Source: a virus. From it: a DNA stretch of 64,000 nt. Made by a program: the position numbers and the translations under genes. Below the pieces are notes generated by a model that was given only the letters and a program-made list of their open reading frames with translations, was not told the origin of the DNA and ran no database searches. How positions within the stretch are numbered: the stretch's first letter is position 1; every line of letters starts with the position of its first letter. Location: positions 55,351-119,350 of the IMG/VR virus record IMGVR_UViG_3300025133_000038; one strand, 5' to 3'. Below, piece after piece: positions 45,601-57,600 of this stretch.

Positions 45601-47069
45601 CCCTTACCATAACCATCAGACCCAAACGCAGTATATAAATCTGTAGCGACCTTCATTGCCGAAGCACCAACCCATATTTCCATACCCCCAAGAGCAGCTC
45701 TTAGCTCTCTTTCAGTAATAGTAACTGAGCTAACACCCATAGCTAAACCATAATCAGCAAGCTGAATGTTTAAATTTGTAATATCTGCTTCAAATTGCCA
45801 ATTACCACTAGCATCTCTAGTTGGGACAATAACATTTCCGTCTGAGTCTAATCCAAAATACGGAAGAACAACCTCATTACCAGGACCAACCCCATTTTCA
45901 GTTTCGTATATATTCTGCTTCTCTCCACCAACAATTAACTGTTGGGTCTTCTCATTGCGAAGCTCTCGACCCACTTGATTCTTAATGGTTCCTGAGCCAA
46001 CAGCATCAGTAATAGTTATAAACTCTTCAATAGCACCGAATAATGGTTGAGCATCACGGTCTGACGTGCGAATTTTGATAATCTTAACTATGTCTTGACT
46101 ATCAACCACAGTATTTGTCCAACTAGCACCAGTTGCATCAACAGGCACCAGCTCTACATAATAATCGTGACCGGAGATTCCAGTTACTTGAGAAATAAGT
46201 TCTTGCAGAGAAGAGGCTACCCCGTTCATTCTAATCTGAGCTGGAAGAGTTGGTACTTCTGAGAAGTCTACCACATAGTGGGCTTCATTGGTGGCGTTTT
46301 CGTCTAAAAGGCCCATACCTGAGGTAAGACCAGTGACACCTGAGTAGCCTGTATTAGATGTTCCTTTGAATGCTATATAACCTGTAGAGAATACTCCCCC
46401 AAGGGCACCTACAGTACTGGAACCACTTAGAAGAACCTCTGCGCCCGCTCGAATGTTATTCCAGGGCATACCATTAGAGTCAACATCAGACCCACCGAAA
46501 CCTGCTGCTGGTGAACCAAAGATAGTGCCGTCTACGCCCTGAGCAAGGGGACCGCAATTAGCTGAGAGAGCTTCCATGAAACCGTAGGCATTAACGATAT
46601 TGTCTAAGCCTGTTGTAAAGCCAGCATATTCATTGATAACTACCTGGGTGGCGGCTAGTAGCTCTCGGGGGTCTTCTATCTTAACAACATAAGCATTGTT
46701 ATTAATCATAGATTTGACAGGCAGGCCAGTATTAAGAGAGCGAATATCTGTCTTAGACCAGTCTGAGATTAGACCACTAAATTCAAAATCACCCACTCTA
46801 AAGTAAACTGGGGCACCAACAATATTGTTCTCTTCTCCAATAAAGCCTGGGTCTGCACCTGTCCACGTCTGTTGGTTTAAGGAGCGGTCGTAGTATTCTT
46901 TACTTCCTCCGCAAGGGTCTTGGATTAGCTGAACTGTTAGCTCAGACTTCTGCTCTCCCCAACCTGCGCCTGCATCAAACGATACGACACTACAGCCCAA
47001 GAATAGGGTCTGAGTAATCCCTCCGAAGACGCTCGCTGGCGTACATGTATTTTTTACTGGTAGTACCAT
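42636..47069 (-). CDS. tail tip/hub (central tail) protein
   Basis: 1477 aa, second gene after tape measure; beta-rich; Cys-rich C-terminus. Confidence 0.65.
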   Translation of the reverse strand: MVLPVKNTCTPASVFGGITQTLFLGCSVVSFDAGAGWGEQKSELTVQLIQDPCGGSKEYYDRSLNQQTWTGADPGFIGEENNIVGAPVYFRVGDFEFSGLISDWSKTDIRSLNTGLPVKSMINNNAYVVKIEDPRELLAATQVVINEYAGFTTGLDNIVNAYGFMEALSANCGPLAQGVDGTIFGSPAAGFGGSDVDSNGMPWNNIRAGAEVLLSGSSTVGALGGVFSTGYIAFKGTSNTGYSGVTGLTSGMGLLDENATNEAHYVVDFSEVPTLPAQIRMNGVASSLQELISQVTGISGHDYYVELVPVDATGASWTNTVVDSQDIVKIIKIRTSDRDAQPLFGAIEEFITITDAVGSGTIKNQVGRELRNEKTQQLIVGGEKQNIYETENGVGPGNEVVLPYFGLDSDGNVIVPTRDASGNWQFEADITNLNIQLADYGLAMGVSSVTITERELRAALGGMEIWVGASAMKVATDLYTAFGSDGYGKGKIRLDMLQALTGIPVDEIQATDIVNLGGAQFKAGDVDDDKLRWALQKVFDFVHNYATEFYGKKFQVLVPNSCGYIATSQDAAFVGWGGEIQTSEEPSDGGWTELSTVIGITNPSVAADYFRHEDGRFMNFVRFDSADKTDFASLNPDEFVVDAVNKDLWVKAQIEADFVYTNKYTLASPRAILTISGNVDDVEDEGEGKLIDWAPAIENSTEVAKAAMAEREKEALKKVGGRGVYGEYGYKSKMPIAAAVGIKSNALKYGPYGSSTVAGKANVVHEEGLVPWSYGSYSGMNTAGGLLSTEGITSMQVGEKGSLNIPGYPTVPIGAELLSASAANGFAGAGPFNGGGNNLYENRTLTVTGGSYGQYVSTTIGSWDGTYGPNITGVTTSVGVSGFTTTYTMRTYTPKFGRFAKYNADRLKAAGQNRLNASKEMRAFNRQRIKARSQSSQNLATFRKNNFGIRLNQDGSKESSTPHVVLVGSSNPWGTGTNFRRSNIADESAREMVTEFARYDTKAFMSWDGLIMPVSMDGDGGLPQYATPDAGCTSGHPRRAQPPMDKQGAAGGALDEYNPTIDIDYLNPFTNPAGKQRSQISTNRSDTTDRGHHIEIIGRQGSGTGDGPPASSMVMPIQGYVDNASQESGDYQDDYRMFATRGPILMQAWGYDLDGFPVPNKADTYANASTGTFTSSNLECKFLDDHLRQPQTWPVAPIDLRYDRDRAVWVSPPAYTLVHGILQEDLCPGGSALCHLTDNTTRYDCSGNPFDAAFYVDNLIGVTACSGDTIMADYDAEDCSYNIVNQPQKGVTFYDGTGCPTGATVGESSLTAYDVRHIVVGKGLDLVNNFAVDTGVDACCNPSSIVLNAGFTPSTGSGCLTGTLSANPGLMNAIEFHGGLHVEDGDNDCEIKIGAGLSITQNNTCISSGDVSASNLISNIELGAGLVADTGSDACSIVMGIDVNSAPIASGTGVAYVLGVDTDGCLVRVPIVDCSGA

Positions 47070-47088
47070 TATTCCTTAGTTTCCCTTA

Positions 47089-48624
47089 TTAACATACTGT
47101 TGTGCTGCCAGTACCAGAGCATTCCTGATATGTCCAGCCAATATTCCTACTATATCGTCCTTGTTGTGCGACCCAAGATTCATTATCTTGATGTTTGAAT
47201 ACTTGGTCAGCAGCGTCCGTTAGCTCCGTTTGGAACTCACATAAAATGTCTGCTACTCCAGACTTAACTTGGTCTCTATAGGCATTCCAGAGAGTAATAG
47301 AGCATCCTGTTGGAGGGTCAACGAGAACCTCAATGGAAACGTCTCTCTTCAACTCAGTGGTTGTACTTATCTCCTGCAAGACTGGACCATTAGGTCTTCC
47401 TAAGACAGGAATAACAGCAAAGACATCTGTGTGATTGGAGTCATTCACCGTAATAATTTCACTTAGTACGCTTCCACTTAAAGAACCTGTTTCAAGCAGG
47501 AAGCAAACTCTGTTGTCGTACTCATATGTATAGTTTATTGCACCCTTGGCCTTAGCGTGGGCGATTGTATAGCTTAGGGCGTCTGTGTGTAATGACCTAT
47601 TCAAAGAGAGTGGGTCTGACACGGCTTTAGCTCTGGCATATAGCCTATTCTGTACTGTTGACCAGTATGAGGAGGCATTGGCATATTTATCTGTGGTAAT
47701 AGTAAAGTCACCTGGGTCAGTACCATAGTCTCTCACTTCCAACCCTTGAATACTACCTTCAACTCTAACGGTAGTGTTAGGACTAGACTTAGCTGTCGTT
47801 ACAGTGACGGTAAAGTCTTCCGTTGCCCCGGCAGAAGCTAATCCTGAGATACCAGTATTAACTAATAGCCAAGTCTCTGTTGCTGCAAACGAACCATTAA
47901 CCTCATCCTGATTGTTGGTTCTCATATGGCTGTAGACGCCTAAATCACCAACGTCTACATTAATAACACCGCTAGCACCATCGCTAATTCGAGTTGAATC
48001 ATAACCTAGTCTCGGAATAACCCAGTCTCTAGCCTCTTCCCACCCATCACTACTGTATCCACCACTACCTGTACCAGAACACATAGCGATACCTTCTGCT
48101 GAAAGCTCATGCGTTAATACTAAAGCATAAGGAGTAGCGTCTTGTCCTGTATCAATAGTCTCTGTATACTGACTGTATTCATCCGCAAACTCTAAGCTCC
48201 AAGACTCACTAGTAGCTTTTACATTCTCTGTATAGTTAGTAGACTCACCAACTTCAACAGCGAACTGTAGAGTTATTGTAAACTCAGTAGTTAGTGTCCA
48301 ATTGTTATTGCTCGTACTAAACTGAGGAGGTGTTACAATCTTAGGATATGCCCTAACAATATCTACAGCCCCACACTGAACTAAGAATAATTGACAATCA
48401 TCTTTAAAAGCATCTCTTAGGGCATCAATCCTAGTCTTAAGGTTTTCAATACCCGCATCGCCCTGAAGATTGTTTGACGCTACTATAGTACCTGTAATTG
48501 TGACAGATGTAACCTCTTGAATTGGAGAATCATCACCAGACCTAGTTATTTCCTTAGAAATCTCGATAAAAGGAACGGGCGAAAATGAATACGCTCCGTA
48601 TGTCATCGTTGTTGTTGCTGCCAT
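47089..48624 (-). CDS. distal tail / baseplate-like protein
   Basis: Immediately after tape measure (TAATG coupled); repeated ESWSL/ETW beta units. Confidence 0.6.
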   Translation of the reverse strand: MAATTTMTYGAYSFSPVPFIEISKEITRSGDDSPIQEVTSVTITGTIVASNNLQGDAGIENLKTRIDALRDAFKDDCQLFLVQCGAVDIVRAYPKIVTPPQFSTSNNNWTLTTEFTITLQFAVEVGESTNYTENVKATSESWSLEFADEYSQYTETIDTGQDATPYALVLTHELSAEGIAMCSGTGSGGYSSDGWEEARDWVIPRLGYDSTRISDGASGVINVDVGDLGVYSHMRTNNQDEVNGSFAATETWLLVNTGISGLASAGATEDFTVTVTTAKSSPNTTVRVEGSIQGLEVRDYGTDPGDFTITTDKYANASSYWSTVQNRLYARAKAVSDPLSLNRSLHTDALSYTIAHAKAKGAINYTYEYDNRVCFLLETGSLSGSVLSEIITVNDSNHTDVFAVIPVLGRPNGPVLQEISTTTELKRDVSIEVLVDPPTGCSITLWNAYRDQVKSGVADILCEFQTELTDAADQVFKHQDNESWVAQQGRYSRNIGWTYQECSGTGSTTVC

Positions 48625-51600
48625 TATATTGTTCCTTCTTGAGTTTCACCAGTGATTGGGTTGATACTATTTCCAAGAGCTTCTCTTACCTGAGTAGCAA
48701 TCATATCTTGAATTGGTTCCTCGATGTTAGCAAGAGCCTCTGCTCCGTTAATATTCACGTTGACCTGAACTGGTGCAATCTGTACCTCTATGGTTTCTGG
48801 AATGGTTAAGTTGGCTAGCGTCTGAGCTGCCTGATTCAAAGTAGTTACCGCCTGAGTAAACCCATCTAGAGATGGAACTACTGTAGCTAGTTGAGCAGTA
48901 GCAGTAGCAAAGCCATTTAGGGCTGTTTGAGAGGAGGCGTCTAGCTTCATCTCTGATTGTGTTCCTCCAGCGCTTGGTGCAGAGAAAGGAAGGTTTTCTT
49001 GGGAACCATCAGCAAATCCACTTACTTTCTTACCTCTATTCATTGCTTGTAGCACTGCTAGGTTAGCCTGAACACCCTTCTTGTTCACTACGAACTCTCC
49101 TGGTGTTAGCATTGCGGGAATACTATCTGTATTTCCAATACCTGGAACTCCACCGCCTGTGTTATAGGCAGACCTTCTACCTCCTGGGCGGCGCTTTTTA
49201 AATACAGGGGTCTCCTCAGGTTTAGACCTAGAAGTGGCTACTGGTGTGTTATACAGAGATGTATCACTACCAAAACCCCTAGCTCTTATTCTTTGTTGAG
49301 CCTTTATAGTAATCCCATTGCTGCTTTCTTGAGAAGCTTGAAACTGCTCAGCGTGCTTGGCTTGAGATTCTCGTAGTTTGCTAGCTAATGCCCACTGCCC
49401 ATCTTTTTCTAAGCTTGCAACAATTGAGGCTATTCTGTCGCTGTTTCTCTTACTAGGTCCAAAAGTAGCTAGTTGCCTTAACTCAAATCTAGCATTATCA
49501 ATGGAGTTACGAGTTCTTGTTGCTTCTGCGGTTCCTTTAACGCTTCTGTCTTGAACTGCTTGTCTAGCTGCAACCTTCGCGTCAAACTTCGCTCCTATTT
49601 TATCAATAAGTCCTTTGTGTCCGTTTTCTCTTTCTTCTCTTCTCTTTTTTACACTTTCTGGTTGGACAAACCTAGGCCCAGTTCTTCTGTTTGTGCTTAC
49701 TCCAGGAGTAAGACCCCTTCTTCCTCTAGCCCTACTAGCACCACCAGCAGTTGGTCCACCAGCTTTTGCAATGCGAGCAGCAGTTCTGTCTGCACTTGTT
49801 GCCTCAAGAGGTAATCCTAGTGCTTTATTTGCTCTTTGAGCAGCCTCATCAGCGCCAAAACCCTGAAGGGCTTTGTCTACCGGGGTAAGACTTTCTATAT
49901 TAGCTTTTCTAGCAGCTATAGTCGCAGCTCTATCGGTTCTTTTCTTTTCATTCTTAGCTATTAGAGCTTCTCTTTTTTTCTGGGCAATCTCTTGAGGTGT
50001 CAATCTTTTACGATTAAAGCTTACTCTTGAGTTGTTACTATTACTATTCTCTTCTTCAAGAGCTTTGTCAATCTGAGCCCCTAAGTGCTGAGGCCCTTCT
50101 CCAGGAATAATTTTATTGGCTCTTCTTTGAGCTTCTTGTTCAGAAACACCGTCTTGCCTTGAGAATCTACGAACTATCTCATCTCTACGCTTCTTATCTT
50201 CTGCCCTCTTAATATCTTGATTAGTAGCAGTGCTTGGGTCTAAACCTAAGCTTTTAGCTTTAGCATTCCTTCGACCTCTTGCCCCAAATCCACCGGAAGG
50301 ACCATAAACATCTCCTCGTCCAAACCCATTTTGAACAATAGATTGAGCGTGTGAGGCAAAGAATCCTTGACCAGGGCCTGAACTTTGGGTTTGAACTTGG
50401 TCTGACTTATCCTCTTCAGGGTCATTAAAACCAAACAGTTTTCTACCTGCATTAAAAAGACTGCCTAATAATCCGCCACTAGCTAATCTTACTCCTCCGC
50501 TATTGATAGCACTCAGTAATCCACTATGCCTATTGGCAGCAGTTTTGTTTACTACGAACTCACCAGGGGTAAGTTTAGCATTGACAGTGTCTGTGTTTCC
50601 CGCACCAGGAACGCTACCACCCTTGTTCAAATGCAACCTAAAGATGTCAGGGTCTGTGTAATTAATAGGAGAAGCAGGAGTAGGTGCCGAAGCTGGGTCG
50701 TACCTTAAGACTCCTGTCGTGGGAGTATGGGCCTGACTTGCTAATTGAGTAGGAGTTAAGGAGCTGTTTTGCCTCTTTTGTATGGCTTTATTTTCTGCAT
50801 CTCTAAGCTGATTTCCTTTTTTAACCACAAGACGTTCTGCATCTAATTCTTTTTGGCTTGCGATAGTGGCTTGATTACGAGCCTTATACAAAGCTTCTTG
50901 AGCAGCAGCAACGGCTTCTGGGTCTTTACTTCTTTTTATGTTTGCTATCTCGTTCGTAGCATCTTTTCTTACTTGAGCTTTTGCCGCTGCCTTTTGAGAG
51001 AAATCTAATCCTTCTTCTTGAAGTTCTCTTATCTTTCTCCTTCTCTTGTTCTGTTGAACTACAGTTCCTCCTTTCTTCTCAGTTAAAGCATCAGCTTCTT
51101 TAAACTTTGCATCAGCTTTATCCGTAAGTTCTTTTTCAGAAGCAGTCTTTCTAGTTAAAGGCTCTAGTTTTGCAATACGAGCTTCCTCAGCTCTAGACAA
51201 GGGTTTCTTTGCCTTATCTAATTTAGTCTCAGCAGCAAGAACCCTTGCGTCTGCCGCATCAGTATCTGACTTAGCTGTGCGAAGAGCGCCTTCAGCCTCT
51301 TTAAGAGTTTTCTTGGAGGCAAGAGTGCCGTCTTCATCTATTTTACCTGCTTCAAGAGCTTTCTTTCTTTCCGCAGCATCTAATTTAACAGCAGTCTCAA
51401 AAGCCGTAACCCCAGCAGCAAAAGCACTAGTAGTTTTATTCCATACCTCAGGAAGTTTACCAGCCATATAATCAGCTTGAGCCTGTTGAGCTTTTCGCTG
51501 TATCTCAAAGACAGCTTTCATCTGAATTATAAGCTCTTTTTCTCCAGAAGTTTCACCTTTATCTGTGCTAGCTAATCCCTCAATCGTTTGACCGTCACCA

Positions 51601-54600
51601 AGGTCTATATCAAGACCCCTAGTTACAGGACCAGCAGCCCTAAGCCTAGCATCACTAATAATCTTTCTTGTCACCTTAGCCTCTTCTGGGCTTTGCAATG
51701 CTGCTATCTGCTCTAATCTCTTAGTTGCTTTAGCAAGAGCTGGTCCTTGAAGTTGTTCTCCAGCCCTTAGTCTACCGGCAAGGTCTACTTCTCTTGCTAT
51801 TTCCCTTCTTTGAAGAGGGTTTGCCTCAGCTATTTCTTGAACTAAATTCTTCGCTCCAGCTCTACGATTTTCAATCTCTGCAAGTTTTGATTGAATAGCA
51901 GTAAGTCTTACTGTTGACTTAGCCATTAAACCTAAAGCTTTATTGTTTGCATTTAGAGCTTCAGAATTAAGTCTTTCTTCCTCTGCTAATGCATCAAGAG
52001 AAGCAATGGTGTCTGCGCCCTGAGCATCCCCACCGGCTAGAGCTAACCTACGAGAATCAATACCTTCTTTTTCTGCTTCTAATTCAGCAATTCTGGTTGT
52101 AATACCAGCTACTCCACCAAGAGGATTAGCCCCACCTCTTGCTTGAAGTCTAGCTAGCTGGTCATCTTCTGGTCTTGCTTGTTGGTCAATAGACAGGATA
52201 TTCCCAGCAGCTTTATCTAAAACAAGAGCGTTCTTAGCTGTGTTTAGTAGAACCTGGTCTTGAGCAGCATTAACTTTATTCTGCAAGGCAATAAAATTAT
52301 TTAGAGATGTTTCATATTGAGAGTTCAAAGTAGCCAATGCCTTAACAAAGACTTGTCCTTGCTCAGCTATCTTCTTTGCTAAAGGAGCTAATACTCCTGT
52401 TAGGTCTCCATCATTTAAGAAGCTTTGTATTCTTTCTGTGTCAAAAGTTCCTCCTTCAGACTGCCTAGAAGCAAGAGCCCCTTCAAGATTTTGCCTAACT
52501 ATCTTCTGTAGTTGTTCTGGCAGTGAAGAGAGAGCCCCACTAGAGTCTATATTATCTATAATCTGTGCAGCATTTAGTTTTTCTCCACCGGAAACAGCGC
52601 CAAGGAGGGCTTCTTTCATAACCTCTTCTATTTGGCGACTTCCAACAATGCCTGCTTTTAGGTCTTTCTCTAGTTGAGTACCAACAATACCTGTTGTTCT
52701 AGCAAAGTTTTCAAAATTCTTAGCTATCTCTTCTGTGCTTTTAGTCAAGGGCGCTTCGAAAGGATTCACAGCATTTAGCGTTGTTACTCCAGCACCAGGA
52801 CCATTATTAATATCTGCTGATATTGATTTAATAGCTGCGTTCTGAGTCTTTAGGGTTGATTCAAAGACTACAAGTGCTTGGGATGCAACATTAACTCTTG
52901 AACCTATATTATCAAATTCTTTACCCGCAAGGTCTGCTGCTGATTTAGCTGCTGCCATCTGAATAGCTGCAAGCTCAGCCTCTTTAGCTGTCTTGATTAA
53001 TCCTGCATCCAGTCCCTTAAAAGGACCAGAACTAAAGAATGAGTCTATATCTGCTGTTGCTTCTTCTAGGGTTAAAGAACCTTCTTGAAGTTTATGAGCT
53101 AAAACAGCAGTATTATTACCAATAGCGGGAGCTGACCTATCTAAGAACTCTTGGGTGTCTACTTTGTTGACAATCTTTTCTTGTTCTCTTAGGGCTCTAA
53201 TTCCAGCCTCTCCATCTCCTCCTCCATAGAGGTCTCCTATTGTTGCTCCTACTGCCCCTATGACACCAGAACTGCTTTGTCTTCCTGCTTGTCTAAGGGT
53301 CTCTGTTCTATTTTTATTTACCCCTGGAAGAAATTCATCGAAAGCATTGGCTAGTGTACCAAAAAGAGTTAGCTCATTTTTAGACGCGTTCGTTACATCT
53401 GATGAAGATTCTAAAACTCTTTTTATCCTAGCCTGAGTTCCACTGTCGTCTTTTGTAAGCTCGAATGTCTTAAAGCTTATAGCTAATTCTTTCGTTGCTT
53501 TGTTTAATTCAAGCATAGCGTTAGACTTAACTGCTTTATTAAAGGAGTCTATTCCTGAAGCAGCAGCTCCTAAGCCTGCGCCAATAATTATTCCAGGAGC
53601 ACCAAAAACAGAACCTGCTGCTGCTCCACTAGCGGCCCCAGATAAGGCCCCTGCTCCAGCAGCTAATCCGGCATTTTGTTTTTTCCCAGGGGTTTGAAGT
53701 TGAGCAAGTAAGGCAGGAGCGGCGAACGCTAAGCCACCAGCACCAGCTTGGAACGCGCCAAGAGCCTTCTGTCTTCCAGCAGCTTTTCTTTCTGCTATCT
53801 TTGCTTTAGCTTTATCTCTAAACCTTCCTGTTTTCTGGAACCCAGTAGGGCCTTGTTGAACAGGAGGTTGACCATTAACGAAGGCACCTCCAGCACGAGC
53901 AGAATCAAGTGTTGCTTGAACATCACCTGGAAACTTCGCTGATTCTTTTTTGCTTTTAGCGTTATTGTAATCCCTATGTATTAGGGTCTCTCCTGGAGTA
54001 TACGTTCTTGCATTAGCCAGTCTTGGGTCTAATGGCTGGAAGCCCTGACGACTAGAAGCAATTCGATTTCTTGCTGCTCTTGTAGCATTTTTAACACTAT
54101 CTCCCTTATCTAGCTTACCTTTAGCTGCACGAATACCCTCTATCATTTCGGCAGTTGTAGCACCAGCAGCTTTAAGTCTCTTTGCTAGATTTGCTAATTC
54201 ATCTCTGACCTTACCCGAAGCTTGAGTTGTTTGCTTCTGTTGTTTTTGCTGCTTCTTCTGTTGCGATTGTTGCTGCTTTTGTTGTTGCTTTGCCTGAGGA
54301 GTAGGCTGAACAGGAGTAACTGTTGTTCCAGCAGGAGCGCCAGCAGCTTGAGCTGCGGCTGTAGCCTGTGCCTGTGGACTAGGTACAACATTAAGACCTT
54401 TGCTTGCTTTTGCTAATTCTTTTTGCTCTCTTTCAGCTTCTCTTTTTAGTCTTTCTTTTTCTTTATTAGCAGCTCCTCTTACTTTCTTCTTACTTCCGCG
54501 AGCAAGTCTTACTCGGTCTCCAACAAAACCACCTTTATTAAAACCTTGGACCTTACCTTGGTTCATCTTACGTAGGTTGTCCTCACCGATTCTATCTACA

Positions 54601-57600
54601 GCATCCTTATTGAATACGAACTCACCTGGGGTCAGTAGGGCTGGAATGGTATCCTTCGGGGAAATACCTCTTGCTGAACCACCTCTATTAAAGAACTCAT
54701 CAGGAATTTTTAAATTTTCTCTTTGTTCTAACTGAGCTTGTCTTACTAGGGACTGAGAGCCTCTCTTGTCCCTACCTTTATCTGTACCAAATCTAGACTT
54801 ACCAGTGTCCTTAAAGGTTTTTTTATCACCCCTTAGAAAATTTTGAACTTGTTTTAAAAACTTTGTATTATTCTTACCATAAGAACCAATAGTTCTGGTC
54901 GCATCCGTAGGTATATCAGAAGGAATGTTAAAGTTTTCCCGTGAAGCTAATTTTTTACCAAGACCAAGAGGAAAATCAATAGACTTACCAAAGACTCCTT
55001 TTTGTCCCTCAAAAGGGGCTCCAAGAGAACCCAGCGCTGCCTCAAAGATTATACCAGCAGCAGCGGTCATATCTGTTGCTGCCATTGCTTCTTTTATATT
55101 TGTTGACTTACCAGCACTTAATCTACCAGCCATTGCTGATGAAGTATTCTTTACAGCAGTTTCTAGGTCTCCTTCTATTCCAGCCTCTGCCTTGTCTTGA
55201 AACTTATCCCCAAGAGTTCCCTTATAAACAACTACCTTCTTTTTATCTGTTGGAGTTTTAGAAGTAAAAGGATTAGCTCCTTCTATAGGGTTTGGTCCTA
55301 GTCCAACAAGACCAATCTTAATAGCCCCTTCTGTTTCTATAGCTTCCTCTGCTTCTATCTTAGCTAAGTCGTCTATTTTAAGACTATGTTCTTTATTAAA
55401 ATAAACCTTTTTTTGAAAACTATTCTTTAAAATATCCCTAACACCTTTGGTGTTTTTAGGTTCTGCATTGGTTGCATTTAAATATTCATCAGAACCAGCT
55501 AGTTGTATCAAGTCTGCTTCTGATAGTCTTTGTATGTTGTCAGAAATACCGCTCCCAGTAAAAAGCTTCCTACCTGCTGCAAGTGCTTTTTTTGCTTCTT
55601 CTAGATTAATATAGTTAGGCGGAGCCCCTTTCATTCTTCTGCTCGTAGAATCCCCATCAGCAAACCTAACACGACCACCCTTGTTGTAACCAAACTTCTT
55701 ACTAAACCTACTAGTTCTACTCTTGTTAATCTCACGCAGACGAGCCCTGTTCGAGACAAGCATCTCCCTTTCTTCTTCTGTCAAAGAAGCCTTCTCCTCA
55801 GCCTGCTCTATCTTCTGCATCAACGCTTGCTTTTTCCTACCAACATTACCAGGAGAACGACCGCGAGTTGTAAGATTAAACTTAGCAGAACCACCCCTAT
55901 TTAGTCTTTGTAGATTTTCGTGACCAATACCCTCAGCAACCTTCTTACGGATTACGAACTCACCTGGAGTTAGGTCGGCCCTAACAGTATCAGAACTACC
56001 TTGACCTGGAACTACACCACCAGTATTGAAACCTAGAACTTTACCTCCACCACTAAATTTCTTACTACTCTTGATAACATTAGTTAGATTAATAAGAGCT
56101 GTGGTGTTAGCCTTCACCATTGTTGTATTAGCAGAGATAGCAGCACTACCTCCTCCAGTTGCAGCCTTAGCAGTAGCAGAACCTAAACTCTTAGCTCCAC
56201 CAGCCCCACCAGAACCCTCTCTTAGACCGCCAAAGAAACCCTTGCCGAATTGTGATGCAGCAGAAGCAACCTTAATGGCGGCAAATGCCGTTAGCAGGGG
56301 AAGAACAGGCTTGACAGCACCAGCCAGTGTGATTAGGCTCTTGGCTGTTGTCAGAACGATGGTTGCAATAGTCTTAAAGGAACTCGTATTAGTCAAGTCA
56401 CGAATAAGGGCAGAGAACTCTTCACGAGTCTGCGCGATTTGAACAGCTAGGGTCTTCTGTGCTTTAGCGGCATCAGTAGCTAGGGAGTCTTGACCTTGTT
56501 GAGCAACCTTAAGGGCTTTCTGAGCATCCCCAAACCTTTGGATTAACGGGATAACTTTACCTACCTGACGGAAACCACCAAGTTCTTCAACCAACTGGTT
56601 AAACTTAGCGCTACGTGGGTCAAGGTTTTTTAGCCCGTCAGAAAGTCTTTCAACAGCCTTGAAGGCACCAACGAAGTTACCTTCTGTATCTTGTAGCTGA
56701 ATACCTAGTTCTTTAAGGTGAACAATGGTGGAACCACGCTGGATACGTGTAAAGACGGTTCTCAAACCAGTAGCGATAGTCTCAGCAGATTCACGGGTCG
56801 TAGCACGAACGCTAGTGAACAAAGCAATAAATTCTTGTAGTTTTTCCAACTTGAATGAGTTGGTAAATGTTTCAACATCACCAGAAGCAGCAGCAAACAC
56901 ACCACCAGTACGTCGTACAGCAGCGATAATATCTTCAGCTTCTACGGCGAACTTACCAGCAACAGCATTAATAGAACCTAGAACCTTCTCTAGGTCTTGG
57001 GCGCCAATTCTAAACTGCCTCATAGCAGCGATAGCACCTTCCGTTGTCTGTTTGATTTGACCAAATGTTGGGGCTAGGTCAGACTTAGCTAGGGCTTCAA
57101 GAGCAACCTTAGTGTCTCTTGCGCTAAGACCTGTCTGAGCCAAGCTACGAGACACCTCCAATAGAGAGGCAGATGAAGTACCAAAGGTTGTAGATAATCT
57201 TGTTATCTCTTTAGTTAGGGAGCTAAGGGAGCCAATGCTTCTATCTCCCACCTGTGCAATCTTAACCAACTGACGCTCAAAATTAATAGCCTCAGAAGCA
57301 GCAGACGAAATAGCCCTTACAAATCCAAACACCAACCCAGTAGCAATACTAAAACCAGCGAATCTCTTTAGGGCTAGACCACCAGCCTTACCAAGCTCGA
57401 ACATAAAGGTAGTAGCTTCTTTTGCAGCATCACCTGTTGCTTTAACCCCAGTGGCAGCGGCCTTTGCTGCGGAAGAAGTTTTAGCTAGACCAGTAGCGGC
57501 AGCGGAAGCAGACTTACCCATACTACCTAGAGAGGCAGCGGCAGCAGCAGATTTGGCTGCAATAGAAGTGAGCGTCTTATCAACGGCCTGTAGCTCTTTA

